From positions 480,001 through 544,000 of the forward strand of contig CAVYIM010000003.1 of the NCBI GenBank assembly GCA_963768655.1: DNA of 64,000 bases, read 5' to 3'. Under the pieces are notes generated by a model that worked only from the letters and a program-made list of their open reading frames with translations, did no database searches and was not told where the DNA came from. This stretch comes from an uncultured Chloroflexia bacterium (GTDB lineage Bacteria > Chloroflexota > Limnocylindria > Limnocylindrales > CSP1-4). Shown piece after piece: positions 10,336 to 20,114 of this stretch (its first letter is position 1; every line of letters starts with the position of its first letter). The position numbers and the translations under genes are program-made.

Positions 10336-10755
10336 CTACGCGATGAACTTCTCCAGCGCCTGCTCGTCCGCGGCCGAGAGATGGCCGTGACGCGACTTCA
10401 GCTCGAGGGCCGGGACGTTCGTCTTGCCTGTCAGCGCGGCCCGCATCCCGGGGAACTGGCTGCCGGTCGCGAGCAGGTATGTCGTGAAGAGGGCGACGCG
10501 CGGCCGCTTCGTTGCGGGCATGTCTCGGACGAAGGCCAGCCACGGTTCGTCGGGGTGCTGAAGGACCACGAAAAGGCCGCTCGTCCAGCAGCCCAGAAAC
10601 AGATAGTCGGTGTCCGCCAGGGTCGCAAAGTCGCAGTCGCCGACGGATGCCACGGTCGTCGCGATGCCGTGCCGGGTCAGGCAGGCGCCGATCTCCTCGC
10701 CGTAGCGACGAGTCACGCCCGAGTGGCTGCGATAGACCACGACCGCCTTGCTCAC
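10336..10755 (-). CDS. Flavodoxin-family protein
   Basis: VVYRSHSGVTRRYGEEI, DYLFLGCWTSG. Confidence 0.8.
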   Translation of the reverse strand: MSKAVVVYRSHSGVTRRYGEEIGACLTRHGIATTVASVGDCDFATLADTDYLFLGCWTSGLFVVLQHPDEPWLAFVRDMPATKRPRVALFTTYLLATGSQFPGMRAALTGKTNVPALELKSRHGHLSAADEQALEKFIA

Positions 10756-10906
10756 CTTCGTCTCCCTGTCTACGCTCGATTTCACCAGAGGCTCGATTTG
10801 GCTCGCGGCCGGGACCAGGGCCGTCGGTCACAGTCCATCTGACCCTTCGCCGCCTCGCGGTCGGATGCGAAACTGTCGGGCATCGACCACGGCCATAGGG
10901 GATCGA

Positions 10907-11371
10907 ATGACCACCAAGAAGCAGATCGACGACTTCCTCGCCCTCAAGCGCATCGCCTTCGTCGGCGTCTCGCACAACCCCAAGGAGTTCTCGTACGTGC
11001 TCTGGCAGGAGTTCCGCCAGCGCCGCTATGATGCCGTCCCCGTCAACCCGAACGTGGCGGTCCTTGACGGCCAGACCTCCTACAAGCGGGTCCAGGACAT
11101 CAAGCCCGGCGTCGAAGGCGCGCTGATCATGACCTCTTCCAAGGCCACGGAGCAGATCGTCCGCGATTGCGCCGAAGCTGGCGTGAAGCATGTTTGGATG
11201 TACAAGGGCATCGCCGCCGGCGCAGTGAACAAGGCCGCCGTCGCCTTCTGCGAGGCCAACGGCATCGACGTCGTCGAGGGCTTCTGCCCCTACATGTTCC
11301 TCAAGGGCACGCCCTTCTTCCATGCCCCGCACCGCTGGATGAAGAAGCTGACTGGCAGCTATCCCGGGTAG
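10907..11371 (+). CDS. CoA-binding protein (YccU-like)
   Basis: IAFVGVSHNP, PVNP, GVKHVWM, GFCPYM. Confidence 0.9.
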   Translation: MTTKKQIDDFLALKRIAFVGVSHNPKEFSYVLWQEFRQRRYDAVPVNPNVAVLDGQTSYKRVQDIKPGVEGALIMTSSKATEQIVRDCAEAGVKHVWMYKGIAAGAVNKAAVAFCEANGIDVVEGFCPYMFLKGTPFFHAPHRWMKKLTGSYPG

Positions 11372-11468
11372 CCTTCGGCAGTTCCGAGGGGTTCGGGCGA
11401 GGCATCCGCGCGGGGCTGGCGAGCTGGCCGCCCGGGCGGGCGAGCCGGCCGCCTGATAGTCTCGCTTC

Positions 11469-12338
11469 GTGGGCGATGAAGTCGACATCCTGGGCGGATC
11501 GATCGGGCGAATCGTGCTGGCCGACAACCTCGATGTGCTCGGCTCGCTGCCCGAGGATTCGATCGATCTCGTGTACATCGACCCGCCCTTCAACACCGGT
11601 AAGCGGCAGACGCTGCGGCGGCTACGTACGGTCCATGACGAGGCGGCGGGCGATCGGACCGGCTTCGGTGGGCGGCGCTACCGAACGATCCGACTGGGCG
11701 CGCAGAGCTACCTCGACGTCCACGACGACTACCTGGACTTCCTCGAGCCGCGCCTGGTCGAGATCCGGCGCGTCCTGCGCCCGACCGGCAGCCTCTATCT
11801 GCACCTGGACTACCGCGAGGTGCATTACGCCAAGGTCCTGTGCGACGCCGTCTTCGGGCGCGAGTGCTTCCTCAACGAGGTGATCTGGGCGTACGACTAC
11901 GGCGCCCGGACGAAGCGGCGGTGGCCGGCCAAGCACGACGACATCCTGGTCTACGTCAAGGACCCGGGGCGCTTCTGGTTCGACGCGGACGCGGTGGAGC
12001 GGATCCCGTACATGGCGCCGGGGCTCGTGGGGCCCGAGAAGGCGGCCCGTGGCAAGCTGCCGACCGATACTTGGTGGCAGACGATCGTGCCGCCCGGCGG
12101 CGCAGAGCGGACCGGCTATCCCACCCAGAAGCCGGTCGCCGTGCTGCGGCGGGTCGTTGCCGCGTCGTGCCCGGCCGGCGGCATCGTGGCTGACTTCTTC
12201 GCGGGGAGCGGCACGACCGGCGCCGCGGCGCTGGAGCTTGGCCGGCGCTTCCTGCTCGTAGACTCGAACCCCGATGCGGTGGCGGTGATGAGGCGCCGGC
12301 TGGGCGAAGTGGCAGGCGTGGAGGTCGTCGGGGAGTAG
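11469..12338 (+). CDS. Orphan beta-class N6/N4 DNA methyltransferase
   Basis: DLVYIDPPF, YPTQKP, DFFAGSGTT; no adjacent nuclease. Confidence 0.92.
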   Translation: MGDEVDILGGSIGRIVLADNLDVLGSLPEDSIDLVYIDPPFNTGKRQTLRRLRTVHDEAAGDRTGFGGRRYRTIRLGAQSYLDVHDDYLDFLEPRLVEIRRVLRPTGSLYLHLDYREVHYAKVLCDAVFGRECFLNEVIWAYDYGARTKRRWPAKHDDILVYVKDPGRFWFDADAVERIPYMAPGLVGPEKAARGKLPTDTWWQTIVPPGGAERTGYPTQKPVAVLRRVVAASCPAGGIVADFFAGSGTTGAAALELGRRFLLVDSNPDAVAVMRRRLGEVAGVEVVGE

Positions 12339-12574
12339 GGCAGCGCCGCTCGCCCGACGCCGCGGCTATCTTGCGGCTGTCCGACTCAGCCGGACAGGAA
12401 TCGGCCCCGGGGCACGATCCGGCGGCCGTCGGCGCCTCTGGGCCGCCATATGCGCTCAGGTAAGCCGCAGTAGAGCGCCGCGGGCCATGCTCCGGTCTGC
12501 AGGAGGCGATTTCGGGCTCGTGAGACGCTCGTGAGACGGTTGATCGCGAGGGAAGAGCCGAAGCTGTCCGGTGC

Positions 12575-12953
12575 AACCGGACATCCAGGACAGCTTCGGC
12601 AGCTTCAACGCCAAACGCCACTACCTGGGGACAGATCTCGCCCCCCGCACGGAGTCCCGCGCTGGCATAGCGAAACACACGTCATCGCCGCCCTCTGGTC
12701 GGCAGAGGTACTGCGCGCTCTCCGCTCCCACCGCGCCAGCTTCGGGAGCGTCTGCCCGGACGGGCCGGCGGCGTTCGAGGCCTGGTGGCGCGGCGAGCCG
12801 CCACCTTCCGGCCGCCGCCCGATCCTGCTCCTGTTCGGCCCGGTCGAGGGGCGGCGATGTGACCGGCGCCGTTGGGCGGGCCTCGGCGAGCTCGAGGGCC
12901 TGCGGCCGCGCTATCGCGATTACTCGGACGCGGCCGCAGCGCTGAGGCCGTAG
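12575..12953 (+). pseudogene. 5'-truncated, frameshifted remnant of a hypothetical protein
   Basis: Protein-like text PDIQDSFGSFNAKRHYLG continues in another frame as SETHVIAALWSAEVL...FEAWWRGEPP; no start or RBS. Confidence 0.45.
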
Positions 12954-13016
12954 CGCTCAGACCGTCCGCGCGGCTTCGGCGCCTCGCCCGGTGTCACAGT
13001 GCGCAAGAATCGCGGC

Positions 13017-13964
13017 ATGGAACGCGACTGGGAGAGAGCGCACACGTTCTTCGACATGCCGCCGGCGGAAATCGAGGCGCGGGTCCACGCCGCCTTGCCC
13101 GAGGCGCGAGTCACTGCGGCCCGGCCGCTGGCGACCGGCCTGCGCAACACCAACTACCGGCTCGAGATCGAGGGCGGCCCATCCCCTCTGGTGCTCCGCC
13201 TGTACGTCGCCGATCCGGAAGCCTGCCCCCGCGAGGCGGCCGTGCTGGCGAGGGTTGCCGGCCGTGTTCCGGCGCCGCGCGTCGTCCACTCGAGCCCGGC
13301 GTCCAACCCGCCATTCGCGCTGCTCCGCTGGCTCGACGGCCGGCCGCTCGACCAGGTGCTGCGCGACTGCGACGAGGCCGCGGCACTTCAGCTGGCCGCT
13401 GCCTGCGGGACGGCACTGGTCGCCGTCCACGAGACCCGATTCCCCGCCCCGGGTTTCCTCGGCCCGGAGGCGACGGTCGTCCGGCCCATGCCCGCCTGGG
13501 CGCCGACCGTCATTTCGACGCTGGACGGCCCGGCGGGCGAGCGACTCGGGCCGCGCCTGGCGACGAAGATCAGGCATGCCGTCGAGTCGAACGCGCCGAT
13601 GGTCGAGGTGGCCTGGTCGGAAGCGGTGCTCGTCCACGGAGACTTCAAGCCGTTGAACCTCCTGGCCCGGCGGCGGGCGGGTGGCTGGCGGTTGACCGGC
13701 ATCCTCGACTGGGAGTTCGCCTGCGCCGGTTCGAAGCTGCTCGACTTCGCGACCTTCCTGCGCGACGAAGCCGGCCGGCCCCCTGACTTCGGCGCGGTCT
13801 TCGCTGCCGCCTATCGAAGCGCCGGCGGAACGCTGCCGCAAGACTGGCGCCGGCTGACGCGCCTGATCGACCTGCTCAACCTGATGCAGATGCTCGAATG
13901 GTCGGGCGAGCAGGGGACCGAGGACCTCGTCCGCCTGACCGCCGGGACGCTCGACGCGATCTGA
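13017..13964 (+). CDS. APH/choline-kinase-family phosphotransferase
   Basis: GLRNTNY, LVHGDFKPLN, ILDWEFA. Confidence 0.9.
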   Translation: MERDWERAHTFFDMPPAEIEARVHAALPEARVTAARPLATGLRNTNYRLEIEGGPSPLVLRLYVADPEACPREAAVLARVAGRVPAPRVVHSSPASNPPFALLRWLDGRPLDQVLRDCDEAAALQLAAACGTALVAVHETRFPAPGFLGPEATVVRPMPAWAPTVISTLDGPAGERLGPRLATKIRHAVESNAPMVEVAWSEAVLVHGDFKPLNLLARRRAGGWRLTGILDWEFACAGSKLLDFATFLRDEAGRPPDFGAVFAAAYRSAGGTLPQDWRRLTRLIDLLNLMQMLEWSGEQGTEDLVRLTAGTLDAI

Positions 13965-13970
13965 GCTGCC

Positions 13971-14462
13971 TCAGCGGATCCGCGGGGCTGCCTCAGCCAG
14001 ATCGAGCATCGCAGCCGAATTCGTCCCCAGCCGGTCGACGGCCCGCCGGACGGAGGCGAGACGGACGTCCACCTCGAGCAGCAGCTCGGACACGTCGACG
14101 CCGGCGCGGTCACCCCAGCTCGGGTCGAGTTCGATCGACGTTGCCAGGTGCTTGCGCGCCCCCTCCAGGTTGCGGACCATGCCTATCGGATTGCCGCGGA
14201 CGACGTGGACGTAGCCGGCCGCGAGCTTGATCAAGCCCTGGTACAGGGCTCGCTCGGCCAGGTCCGACGTGCCCATCCAGGCCGGTTCGAGGAGCTCGTG
14301 CGCCTCGAAGAAGTCGCCGCGCTCGTACGCCGCCAGGCCCGCCTCGAGAGCGGCGCGGCGCCGCTCCGGCGGTATCGGCCGATAGGCCTTGGGCCGGTCC
14401 CCCTGCATGATCGTGCCCGGCCTGACGCGCCGGGCGCGATTCGCCTCGCCTGGAACAGGCAT
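13971..14462 (-). CDS. DUF309 domain protein
   Basis: FFEAHELLEPAW, YQGLIKLAAG. Confidence 0.85.
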   Translation of the reverse strand: MPVPGEANRARRVRPGTIMQGDRPKAYRPIPPERRRAALEAGLAAYERGDFFEAHELLEPAWMGTSDLAERALYQGLIKLAAGYVHVVRGNPIGMVRNLEGARKHLATSIELDPSWGDRAGVDVSELLLEVDVRLASVRRAVDRLGTNSAAMLDLAEAAPRIR

Positions 14463-14476
14463 CGGCTGCTCTCTCG

Positions 14477-14914
14477 TCAGGACAGATCCTCCAGGCGGCG
14501 GCGCGACTCGAAACCCTCCGTCGTTTCGTGCCACCACTCGACCCGCTCCTCGCCGAGCCGCCAGCACAGGAAGATCGGCCGGCCCGAGACGAGCGCCGGG
14601 AAGTCCACGAGCCCGGTTTCGATCTGGCGCAGGTGGATGCCCCAGCCATCGATCTGGACCGCGGCCGCCTGCATCTGGTCGACCATGCCCTGGAGTCGCA
14701 GGCGAAGCAGGCGGGTCTCCTCGTCCACCTCGGCGTGGCGCGCTCCGGCGGGCGCGGCGGTCGCGGCCCCGGCCAGGGCCCACGGCGCGTTCAGCTCCAC
14801 GATCCGATCCCGCAGCGCGATCACCTCGCTGCGCAGATCGCGGAGGCGCAGCAGAGTCTCGCGCAGCTCGGGCAGCATGGCGTTGGCGCGGTCGATGTCG
14901 TAGAAGTCGGGCAT
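14477..14914 (-). CDS. DUF2203 domain protein
   Basis: ANAMLP, GLVDFP, FLCWRLGE, WWHETTEGFESRR. Confidence 0.85.
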   Translation of the reverse strand: MPDFYDIDRANAMLPELRETLLRLRDLRSEVIALRDRIVELNAPWALAGAATAAPAGARHAEVDEETRLLRLRLQGMVDQMQAAAVQIDGWGIHLRQIETGLVDFPALVSGRPIFLCWRLGEERVEWWHETTEGFESRRRLEDLS

Positions 14915-15033
14915 GCCGGCATGGTAGCGGCGGCAACGCAGGACTTCAGCGACCCGTTTGGGCGGCGCGCTGCCCGAGACTTGCGAGCCGAGGGCGGCCC
15001 GCCCGATCCAGCCCGGCGCGGTTCGGATCCGCC

Positions 15034-17400
15034 CTACCGCCCCTCGGCGGCCGCCAGCCCATCGCGCAGGCGGTGCAGTCGGTCGGGCCGTTCGCGGACG
15101 AATCGCTCGATGGCCTCGAGGATATGGCCGGCATCCAGGTGAGCTTCCTCCATGACCTCCTCGACCGAGCCGCCGGTCCGCCAGCGGTCGTCCCAGTCGG
15201 AGCTGAGCGAGTACTCGTGGACGATCGGGTCGTCGGCCCAATCGCGCATCAGCTTGTAGGCGCCGTTGGTGATGACCATCGAATCGAAGCGATCGGCCGC
15301 CTCCACGGTGGCGGCGCGGTAGGCGGCGTCCTGGCGGGCGAAGAGCTGCGGGCTGATCGCGGCCACGATCTTGACGTTGAGGCCGCGCCGGTCCAGCTCG
15401 GGCAGGACCTTCACCAGATTGGCCGTCGGCATCGTGCCCCGGACGAAGATCGTGCCGGCTTTGGGCTCTCCCCCGCGGAACGGGCGCATGACGTACGCGC
15501 CGCGCGCCGCCGCGAAATGGCCCGGCATCCCGAGCGCGGCGCGGTCCGGGATCTCGATGGGCGGCCGTGTGAGGTGCAATGCCACGATCGGTGCGTCCGT
15601 GGCGAAGGCCGCGGCCAGGACCACGGGCACCTCGTTGTACTCCCAGGGATGGAGGTCGATGAGCTGACCCTCCGGGAAGAGCTGCGTCACGCCCGTCTCG
15701 AAGATCCCGAAATGCGTCCGCGAATCCTCGGCCGTCTCCGGTCCGGAGTGCCCGGCCACGTACAGCACCTTGCCGACGCGCAGGTCGCCGTCCTGGGCGA
15801 GCTGGCTGAACAGGCGCAGCGGGCCGTACTTGAGGTAGCTGAACGAGGCGTAGGTGGAGCAGGCGCCCCAGAAACCCTCGAACTGGTGGAACGGATCGGC
15901 CGCGAAGTTGACCGTCGCCAGGCCGGCCATCATGCCGGCGTTCGTGAACTCGGTGATCTCTGTCGGGAGGAGCGCGCCGGCCGGGTTCGAGTCGCGTTCG
16001 AAGTTGCCAAAGCCGGGCATCTCGCCGAACGGCTTTGCGAAGCCGGCGATGTTGGTCGACTCGGCCAGGTCCGCCGAGCAAGCGATGAACAGCGGGCGGC
16101 CGAAGTCGCGCTTCGCGACGGCGTTGACGTATGAGCCCCAGGTCGCGAGGGCGGCCCGGTTGGGCTGGCGATCGCCGAGCTTGCGCCACATTGCCTCCGG
16201 ATAGTGCTCGAAGTCGAAGATGGCCGGCCCGGGGGCGGAGCCGGGGCGCATGCGCAGGCCCTCGACTTCAGCCGGCACGGTCGCGGCGATCTCGAGCAGC
16301 CGGTCCGAGAGCCAATCGACCAGCTTCTCGTCGCGGCGCAGGACGCTCATCGCGATCCGCAGGTTCGCTTCGGCCTGCGCCGCCAGCGCCGCCGGATCGG
16401 AGGGCGCCGGCTGATCCACGCCCTGATACTCCACGCCGTAGCGGGCCATGAACTCCTTGCGCGGCGTCCAGAACTCCGGCGCGTTGAGCTTGTGCGGGAC
16501 GCCGTGGCTGGCGGCGTCGAGCTTGCCGTAGCCGCGGCCCTTGCGGGTCCGGAACCACGCGACGCTCGGCGCGCCCTCCGGATTGTCGCCGCGGCTCGCC
16601 TCCAGGACGGCCCGCGTGACCGGTCCCCATTCCATGCCGTCTGGAGTGCCCGTGACCCGCCAGCCGTACGGCGCGAACCAATCCTGCGGCGTCCCGTGGA
16701 CGACCGAGGAGGCCGGTCGCTCGTCGATGCCGAAGTCGTTCCAATCGACGAGGAAGACAAGGTTCGAGAGGCCCAGGCCCCAGGCGGAGTTCTTCGTCTC
16801 GTGGGCCGCACCGGGAGTCAGCCCGCCTTCGCCCTCCACGACGAACACCTTGACATCGTCCGCGCCCGCCAGCTTGAGAGCCAGCGCCTCGCCCGCGGCG
16901 AACGGCATGCCGTGGCCGGACGGGCCGGTGTTGGCCTTGAGGAAGAGCGTCCGGCCGGCCATCTCGGCGTGGCCCGGCAGTCCGCCCCGGTGGCGCAAGC
17001 CGAGCAGATGCTCCCACGTGAGGGCGAAGCGGCCGTCTTCGGGGAACGCAAAGCGGGGATCGCCGGTGCGGTCGGCGCGGGCGCGGAGGCCTTCGTTCAG
17101 GACGGCGAGCGTGGCATAGACGAGCGGCACCACGTGGCCGGCAGAGAGCACGAATCGATCGCCGAAGCGAAGCCACGGCCGGCGGATGTCCCAGCGCATC
17201 GACCCGGACAGCAGCAGTGCCACGAGCATGTGGACCTTGGATCGCGAGCCGCCGGGGTGCCCGCTCTGGCGGTAGTTGAGCTCCAGGTCGATGCACTCGT
17301 CGATCAGGTCCTTGAGGACCTCGTAGCGGCCGAAGTCGGGCTCCGCGGCGGCGAAGAGCCGGTCCGGCGCGGAGCCCGCGGCGATCTCGTCGGTCGTCAT
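15034..17400 (-). CDS. Transketolase (long, divergent type)
   Basis: SGHPGGS, DRFVLSAGH, LPGH, TGPSGHG, ADLAEST, GHSG...EDSRTH. Confidence 0.85.
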   Translation of the reverse strand: MTTDEIAAGSAPDRLFAAAEPDFGRYEVLKDLIDECIDLELNYRQSGHPGGSRSKVHMLVALLLSGSMRWDIRRPWLRFGDRFVLSAGHVVPLVYATLAVLNEGLRARADRTGDPRFAFPEDGRFALTWEHLLGLRHRGGLPGHAEMAGRTLFLKANTGPSGHGMPFAAGEALALKLAGADDVKVFVVEGEGGLTPGAAHETKNSAWGLGLSNLVFLVDWNDFGIDERPASSVVHGTPQDWFAPYGWRVTGTPDGMEWGPVTRAVLEASRGDNPEGAPSVAWFRTRKGRGYGKLDAASHGVPHKLNAPEFWTPRKEFMARYGVEYQGVDQPAPSDPAALAAQAEANLRIAMSVLRRDEKLVDWLSDRLLEIAATVPAEVEGLRMRPGSAPGPAIFDFEHYPEAMWRKLGDRQPNRAALATWGSYVNAVAKRDFGRPLFIACSADLAESTNIAGFAKPFGEMPGFGNFERDSNPAGALLPTEITEFTNAGMMAGLATVNFAADPFHQFEGFWGACSTYASFSYLKYGPLRLFSQLAQDGDLRVGKVLYVAGHSGPETAEDSRTHFGIFETGVTQLFPEGQLIDLHPWEYNEVPVVLAAAFATDAPIVALHLTRPPIEIPDRAALGMPGHFAAARGAYVMRPFRGGEPKAGTIFVRGTMPTANLVKVLPELDRRGLNVKIVAAISPQLFARQDAAYRAATVEAADRFDSMVITNGAYKLMRDWADDPIVHEYSLSSDWDDRWRTGGSVEEVMEEAHLDAGHILEAIERFVRERPDRLHRLRDGLAAAEGR

Positions 17401-18599
17401 CGCGCGGCCACGGCCTTCGCGGCCCCGGCCCTGGCGGCCAGTGGCTCCACGACGGCGCGTGTCCGCGTGATCGCTTCGGCGATGTTCTCGCGCGAGTTGG
17501 CGTAGCTGAAGCGCAAGTGGTTGCGTCCGACCCGCCCGAAGGCCGTCCCGGCCAGGGCTGAGACGCCGCCCTCGTTGAGCAGCCGATCCGCCAGCTCGGC
17601 GCCGGTCAGGCCGGTGCCCGAAGTGTCGGGGAAGGCGTAGAAGGCGCCCGACGGCCGCAGGCAGCTGACGCCGGGGATGGCGTTCAGCCCGTCGACGATC
17701 AGATCGCGCCGGGCCCGGAACTCCGCGACCATCGCCGCCACGGAGTCCTGCGGGCCGGTCAGTGCTTCCACGCCGGCCCACTGCGTCGCGGCACTGGTGC
17801 AGCTGACGCTGTTGACGATCAGCCGGCTGAACGGCGTCACCAGCCTCTCGGGCACGATGGCGTAGCCCAGGCGCCAGCCGGTCATGGCGTAGGTCTTGGA
17901 GAAGCCGTCGAGGACGATGGTCCGCTCGGCCATGCCCGGCAGCGAGGCGATCGAGACGTGCTCGCCCTCGTAGATGATCCGGCCGTAGATCTCGTCGGCG
18001 AGGACGACCAGATCGTGCTCGCGGGCGACCGCGGCGATCTGTTCGAGGTCCTGGCGGGTCGAGACACCGCCGGTCGGGTTGGCCGGCGAGTTGATGATGA
18101 CGAGCCTGGTTCGACTGGTGACCAGAGAGGCCAGCTCCGCCGGATCGAGCCGGAAGCCGTTCTCCTGCCGGATGGGGCAGGGGACGGCGGTCCCGCCGAC
18201 GTAGTCCACCATCGACTCGTAGATCGGGAATCCCGGGTCGGGGTAGATGACCTCGTCGCCTTCCTCGATGAGGGCGAGCATCGTGAAGAACATTACCGGC
18301 TTGCCGCCCGGAACGACGACGACCCGGTCCGGTGAGACGGTGAAGCACTTGCGGGCGGTGGCGTCGGCGGCGATCGCGGCGCGCAGCTCCGGGATGCCGA
18401 CGGTCGGCGAGTAGTGGGTCGCGCCGCCATCGAGGGCCCGCTTGGCCGCCTCGCGGATGTTGGCCGGCGTGTCGAAGTCGGGTTCGCCGATCTCGAGGTG
18501 TATGACCGATCGGCCGGTCGCCTCGAGCGCCCTGGCTCGTGCGGCGGCCTCGAAGGCCGTCTCGGTCCCGATCCGATCCATGCGCGCCGCGAGCCTCAT
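17397..18599 (-). CDS. PLP-dependent class I/II aminotransferase
   Basis: IGEPDF, NSPANPTG, DEIY, GFSKTYAMTGWRLG. Confidence 0.95.
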   Translation of the reverse strand: MRLAARMDRIGTETAFEAAARARALEATGRSVIHLEIGEPDFDTPANIREAAKRALDGGATHYSPTVGIPELRAAIAADATARKCFTVSPDRVVVVPGGKPVMFFTMLALIEEGDEVIYPDPGFPIYESMVDYVGGTAVPCPIRQENGFRLDPAELASLVTSRTRLVIINSPANPTGGVSTRQDLEQIAAVAREHDLVVLADEIYGRIIYEGEHVSIASLPGMAERTIVLDGFSKTYAMTGWRLGYAIVPERLVTPFSRLIVNSVSCTSAATQWAGVEALTGPQDSVAAMVAEFRARRDLIVDGLNAIPGVSCLRPSGAFYAFPDTSGTGLTGAELADRLLNEGGVSALAGTAFGRVGRNHLRFSYANSRENIAEAITRTRAVVEPLAARAGAAKAVAAR

Positions 18600-18913
18600 G
18601 GCTGCTACCTCATCTATGTCGCTCGGCGGCCGGCGGGTTCCGTCGTTGACTCTTACGCGCCTCGTTCGCGCACCTCCGGGTGCGCTCGCTTCGGTGCTCG
18701 CAGCCGCCTGGGACTGCGTTCGGCGGCCCGCGCGACGCCACACACTCGGCGGCAGCCGCCGGCGTCAGTTTCGACCGAGCATGGCAGCGGCCTTTGCGTA
18801 TATCAAGTTCAGCTTGCTCACGTAATGATGAAGCCGAGCTAAACTGTTGCGTGAGCCCGCGCGACCCCCACCGAGTGCCGGCAAGCGCGGCCCCGACGTC
18901 GGAGTCGTTGTCC

Positions 18914-19864
18914 ATGCTCGGTGTCTGGCGGTTGCAGCTCCTGCGCGAGGTGTCGCGGCGCGGCTCGATCAAGGCCGCCGCCGAGGCGATGAGCATCAGT
19001 CCATCGGCGGTCAGCCAGCAGCTGGCCATCCTCGAGCGCGAGGCGGGCGTCCAGCTGCTCGAGAAGAGCGGCCGCCGCGTGCGCCTGACCGACGCCGCGC
19101 AGCTGCTCGTCCGCCACGCCGACACGATCACCGGCGCCATCGCGGCGGCCGAGGCGGACCTCGCCTCGATGCAGCAACTCGTCATCGGGACGCTGCGAGT
19201 GGCTGCCTTCCCGACCGCGGCCCGCGCCATCCTGCCCGACGTGATGACCGCGCTCAGCCGCCAGCATCCCGCGCTGCGCGTCACCCTGCGGGACCTCGAG
19301 GCGGCCGAAAGCCTGACGGCACTCCAGATGGACGAGATCGACCTCGCCATCGTGGACGAGTACGACGAGCCGGCGCGAGTCTCCGACGGCGGCCTCGAGT
19401 TCTGCGAGTTCATGCGCGACCCGCTATACGTGGCGCTGCCGCCGCAGGAGTCGAGCCCGCCCCGGCCAGCGATGCGGCGGGGCCAGGTCCCCGGCGCGGC
19501 CGTTCGGCTCTCAGACCTTCGGGACGCCTTCTGGATCATGGACACCGAGGACAGCCACCTCGGCCAGGTGACGCTGCGAGCCTGCCGGTCGAGCGGATTC
19601 GAGCCGCACGTTCGATCCAACTGCAAGGACTTCAGCGTGATCATCGCCCTGGTCGAGGCCGGCCTGGGCGTCGGCATGCTGCCCGGCCTGGCGATCCACG
19701 ACCGCCCGGTCCGGGCCTCGATCCACCCGACCGATCCGCCGCTGGCTCGCCGAATCGCCTCCGTCATCCGTCCCGAGCGCCGTTCCCACCCGATGATCGT
19801 CTCGGCCCTGGCCGAGCTGGAGCGCTTCGGAGCCGTATACGCTCCGCCGAGTCTCTTAGGCTAG
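18914..19864 (+). CDS. LysR-family regulator
   Basis: GSIKAAAEAMSISPSAVSQQLAILERE...RVRLT. Confidence 0.93.
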   Translation: MLGVWRLQLLREVSRRGSIKAAAEAMSISPSAVSQQLAILEREAGVQLLEKSGRRVRLTDAAQLLVRHADTITGAIAAAEADLASMQQLVIGTLRVAAFPTAARAILPDVMTALSRQHPALRVTLRDLEAAESLTALQMDEIDLAIVDEYDEPARVSDGGLEFCEFMRDPLYVALPPQESSPPRPAMRRGQVPGAAVRLSDLRDAFWIMDTEDSHLGQVTLRACRSSGFEPHVRSNCKDFSVIIALVEAGLGVGMLPGLAIHDRPVRASIHPTDPPLARRIASVIRPERRSHPMIVSALAELERFGAVYAPPSLLG

Positions 19865-20114
19865 AGCTCGGGAATGCCACCGATTCGATGGTGCAGATCG
19901 CCAATTGTCACCGAATGTTAGGCCACTGAGCCTGATAGCCGATGCCATCCGGGCTGTGGCATGTCGGCCGGCGAACGCCAGACTGGGACCACTGCATCGA
20001 GCGGCGCCGCTCTCCGAGCCGATCGGAAGGCCACCGCGACAACTGTCGGGCCGTTTGGGGCGCGGGGGCGAAGCCTCGACGGGGACGGTTCCGGCATTGG
20101 AGGGTTTCCGGCCG

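Noticed and set aside
11469-12338. Restriction-modification system
   Set aside because: No intact endonuclease nearby; treated as an orphan MTase.
13017-13964. Aminoglycoside resistance gene
   Set aside because: The motifs identify only the broad APH/kinase fold, so the substrate cannot be inferred.
15034-18348. 1104-aa transketolase fusion as given in the ORF track
   Set aside because: The upstream part is an off-frame overlap with the aminotransferase; the real start is the ATG at 17400.
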